Shown: one piece after another, positions 61,094-64,000 of the stretch
How the letters are laid out: every line of letters begins with the position of its first letter
Numbering within the stretch: the stretch's first letter is position 1
Source: Ostrea edulis
Lineage: Eukaryota
Assembly (NCBI RefSeq): GCF_947568905.1
Contig: NC_079164.1
Coordinates: 78,182,001-78,246,000 of the forward strand
Reading direction: 5' to 3'
Length of the DNA stretch: 64,000 bases
Notes under the pieces: generated by a model
Database searches by the model: none
Told to the model about the DNA's origin: nothing
Seen by the model: only the letters and a program-made list of their open reading frames with translations
Program-made: the position numbers and the translations under genes

Positions 61094-64000
61094 ATGACGT
61101 CATCGCTAACTGCTGTGGTGACCCTTGTCCTAGCATTCGCCATATTCAATTACATGGAAACTGGTGTTCCCGAGGGTGTTCCGGAAGTCTGGAATGCTCG
61201 AATATTAGACACCTCACTTCGGACGATGGGAAAAGTGGCAAGTTGTACTTAAATAGTTTCTATCTACGAACGGGAAAAAAGCATGTCAAGTTTGATGTGA
61301 ATGAGGGTAACTTTGCTGCTGTAATGAGAGTGACTACTGTCTCAATTCTATGAAGTTTTTCCACAATTTTTGTTTTAATCTCTTTTCCTTAGATCAATCT
61401 TTTTGTAGTAAAACTTTTAAAGGGGAAGGCAACCCAAAATTTATTTTAATGATTAATAATACGATAAATATTTGTCATACTATTCTATTGATATACGGCC
61501 TAGAAAAGCTTCAGTACTAATTTGAAAACGGTAAAATTGAAATTCCTGCTATCTATAGAGGCTGCCATGATGTGGAACTCTTATGTATTCAAGACCACAA
61601 AGTCATTAATTTTGACGTCACACCGTCTGTTCCGGTTTTGATGAGCTTCATGATTATGAAAGATGTGCACGTGGTAGATTTTACGAATAAATAGGTTGAT
61701 GCCTTCCTGTCAAGCAGTAAATTATACTAATGCGAAGGGGAGTTGTGGGGGGGGGGGATTCTTCAAATTCCTCACCCAACCAAGTCATCTGAAAAGAAAA
61801 GACTGTAAACTGTGGATCCATCATTTGCACACGTAAATACAAGTTGAGGTTCGGGACATTTGTATGAAGAAACGTTTACATGTACCGTCTGCTTGGTCTG
61901 CGACTCGACGGAACGTCTTCTTTTTTAAATTTCTTCTTGCGAACGAACGAGCTCAAATCTGTACAGCTCCGGATCTAAGCTTAACTGTTCGTGACTTGTC
62001 ATGTTTACAGTGCGTCTGATGAAATAAACCGGAACCGACGGTGAAACGTCATAAATTATACCTCAATGGTCGCTCTCTTGGCTGCGGGTAATTTAAAATA
62101 TATGACAGATTAATATCGATTTATTCGTTAAGCAAGGATTTTTGTTGTTAAAGACTGTCATTTACGATATCAGTAAGTAATACTTTATTCATAAAAGCAA
62201 CAATGTGGTTAGGGTTGCCTTTCCCTTTAAGGAGGAATAAGACAACAGAAACATCTGATATGGACAAAAGTGGAGGATGTGTACAATAATATTCTAAAAT
62301 AGAAAACTTTTGAATTTATCTTATTTAGTTAAAAAATGCAGTTTTAGTAGAAATTAATCTGAAAAGAAAACATTAAAACCCTTGCTAAACTCGACCGCAC
62401 GAGCTACAGAACAGCAGTCGACACGTTAACTAACGCACGAGCTACAGAACAGCAGTCGACACGTTAAGTAACGCACGAGCTACAGAACAGCAGTCGACAC
62501 GTTAACCTAATGGGATATCGAGCTTGGCAATTGGATTTAAAGGAATATATCAGCCATTATGACGTGGTGTTATTCCTCCTTAAAAAGAATCAAAGAATAG
62601 ACATTTTATGTAACATTATCTAATGATAATCTCATTGACCACTGCACAGACAAATTAGGAAACATAAAACTGGTAACGAGTTATAGGGATGTCTATAAGC
62701 AAAACAATTTATAGACTTCAGTACCTTATCATGTTATGTAATAGAGATGAACTGCAGCATTGATATGTGAATTCAATCTAAACAGATTTTAACCCTAAAT
62801 AATTTTGGTGTTCATGGAGGAGTTACGTGGTGGACTAGAAAGATGGTGGAGATCATGCTAACGACTTTGATAACCGGAAGTCCCCGTGGACTTGGTGACG
62901 ATCCGGAACTAAAGGTAGGACGATCCGGAACTAAAGGTAGGCGAGTTCATGAATTTCTAAAAACATGTACATGTAGTTTAAAACAGCAACAATGCATTTT
63001 TTGATATTGTATAGTCACAACATTGAATTGAACAATATTTTGACAATAAGGATTCTCTGATACAGAGAAAAAAATCAGTAGTTATTGGCTAAATCACTGA
63101 AACCTCTATATACAGATATATGACAGGAAGATGGCTGGAGTGGACGTGAGAGTATATGAACCTACCAAGGGAAAACACTCCGATCGTCCAGCCTTGGTGT
63201 ACTACCATGGTGGAGGGTGGTCATGGCTGTCGATAGGTCAGTCTAATAAATGGAATATGACGCTATATCTGCTGATAAATACCAGTATAACGGACTAGAA
63301 ATACACGATACCAACCATGGTCAGGAACCTACAAAAAATAAAAGTATATGTACTTGAAATTTGTTGAAAAAAAATCTAAATACTCATTCTTGGTTTTTTT
63401 TCTAGATGTTTATGACCAGGCCACCAGACAACTTGCTAAAGGAGTTGGGATGGTCGTCGTTTCTGTTGGGTATGAAATGAATTTGATCATTGCGACAAAA
63501 AATAATTGTTAAATAAATCGATGACCAATAAAGTAAAACACAATTATATGCAAAATAATTATCTTATATCTAAATATCAATCATTTTAGGTATCGTCAGT
63601 CTCCGGAATATGCGCATCCAATCCCTTTCCAAGATTGCCTTGACGTCACCGAACACGTGATTAATAACGGTAAAGACCTTGGTATCGATAGTTCCCGTGT
63701 AGCAATTTCTGGCGACAGCGCTGGTGGTCACTTAACAGCCGCTGTATCCCTCCGCTTAAAGAAGAAGATCAAAATTCAAATCCCTATTTACCCGTGCCTT
63801 CAGTTGTTCGACATGCAAACACCTTCTTATATTGAAAACAAGGATTTCATTCCTGGCATGCTAACAGATATATCGATGTTGACCTACTGGTTGAACTATG
63901 CCAACATCAGTTATGATCATATCGACACGATCATGGCCAATAAGCACACATCACCAGCTTTGAAGAAATCCAAATACGCCGATTATATTTCACCAAAGTG
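61094..64000 (+). CDS. Arylacetamide deacetylase / neutral cholesterol ester hydrolase-like esterase (HSL family); runs off the window end
   Basis: Exons 61094-61237, 62786-62914, 63116-63236, 63406-63469, 63590->64000 in phase. N-terminal anchor MTSSLTAVVTLVLAFAIF, then VRVYEP, LVYYHGGGW, VVVSVGYRQSPE, nucleophile elbow GDSAGG, QIPIYP. Confidence 0.92.
61421..62226. mobile_element. Kolobok-type non-autonomous element, 806 bp, in esterase intron 1
   Basis: TIR AGGGGAAGGCAACCC / AGGGAAAGGCAACCC; TTAA on both flanks (61417-61420, 62227-62230). Confidence 0.85.
62396..62506. repeat. 38-bp unit x3 (CGCACGAGCTACAGAACAGCAGTCGACACGTTAACTAA)
   Basis: Near-perfect tandem copies in esterase intron 1. 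Confidence 0.9.

Noticed and set aside
60961-61353. 130-aa ORF in the supplied track
   Set aside because: It is an alternative frame overlapping esterase exon 1; the other frame (61094-61237) gives the expected membrane anchor and splices in phase.

Overview
This is eukaryotic, AT-rich, intron-rich genomic DNA from a bivalve, most likely an oyster (Ostreidae), judged from the Cg170-like satellite and the repeat families. It is not prokaryotic and has no CRISPR array. Six multi-exon genes could be rebuilt with consistent splice phases. In order: the 3' end of NUP88 (+), a NUDT16-like Nudix decapping enzyme (-), an alpha-amylase-like gene (+), a secreted Cys-type glutathione peroxidase (+), a CYP2-clan P450 (+), and the 5' part of an AADAC/NCEH1-like esterase (+). 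There is also a small acidic ORF with a Cys-rich tail (-). The rest is nested mobile DNA: two decayed LINEs, many Penelope-like fragments, Helentron-type non-autonomous elements, TIR elements/MITEs, SINE-like copies and minisatellites, plus a 217-bp N gap. Main findings: (1) the amylase has an intact ORF but its catalytic NHD motif reads DSA, so it is a probable pseudoenzyme; (2) two minimal type I hammerhead ribozymes lie 344 bp apart in a retrozyme-like tandem, and a second hammerhead family sits at 22.7 kb; (3) a 2.9-kb TIR element carries about 18 perfect E-boxes; (4) up to 4 of 25 introns use a GC donor, all GCAAGT; (5) a 22-bp duplication creates a second, frameshifting splice donor.
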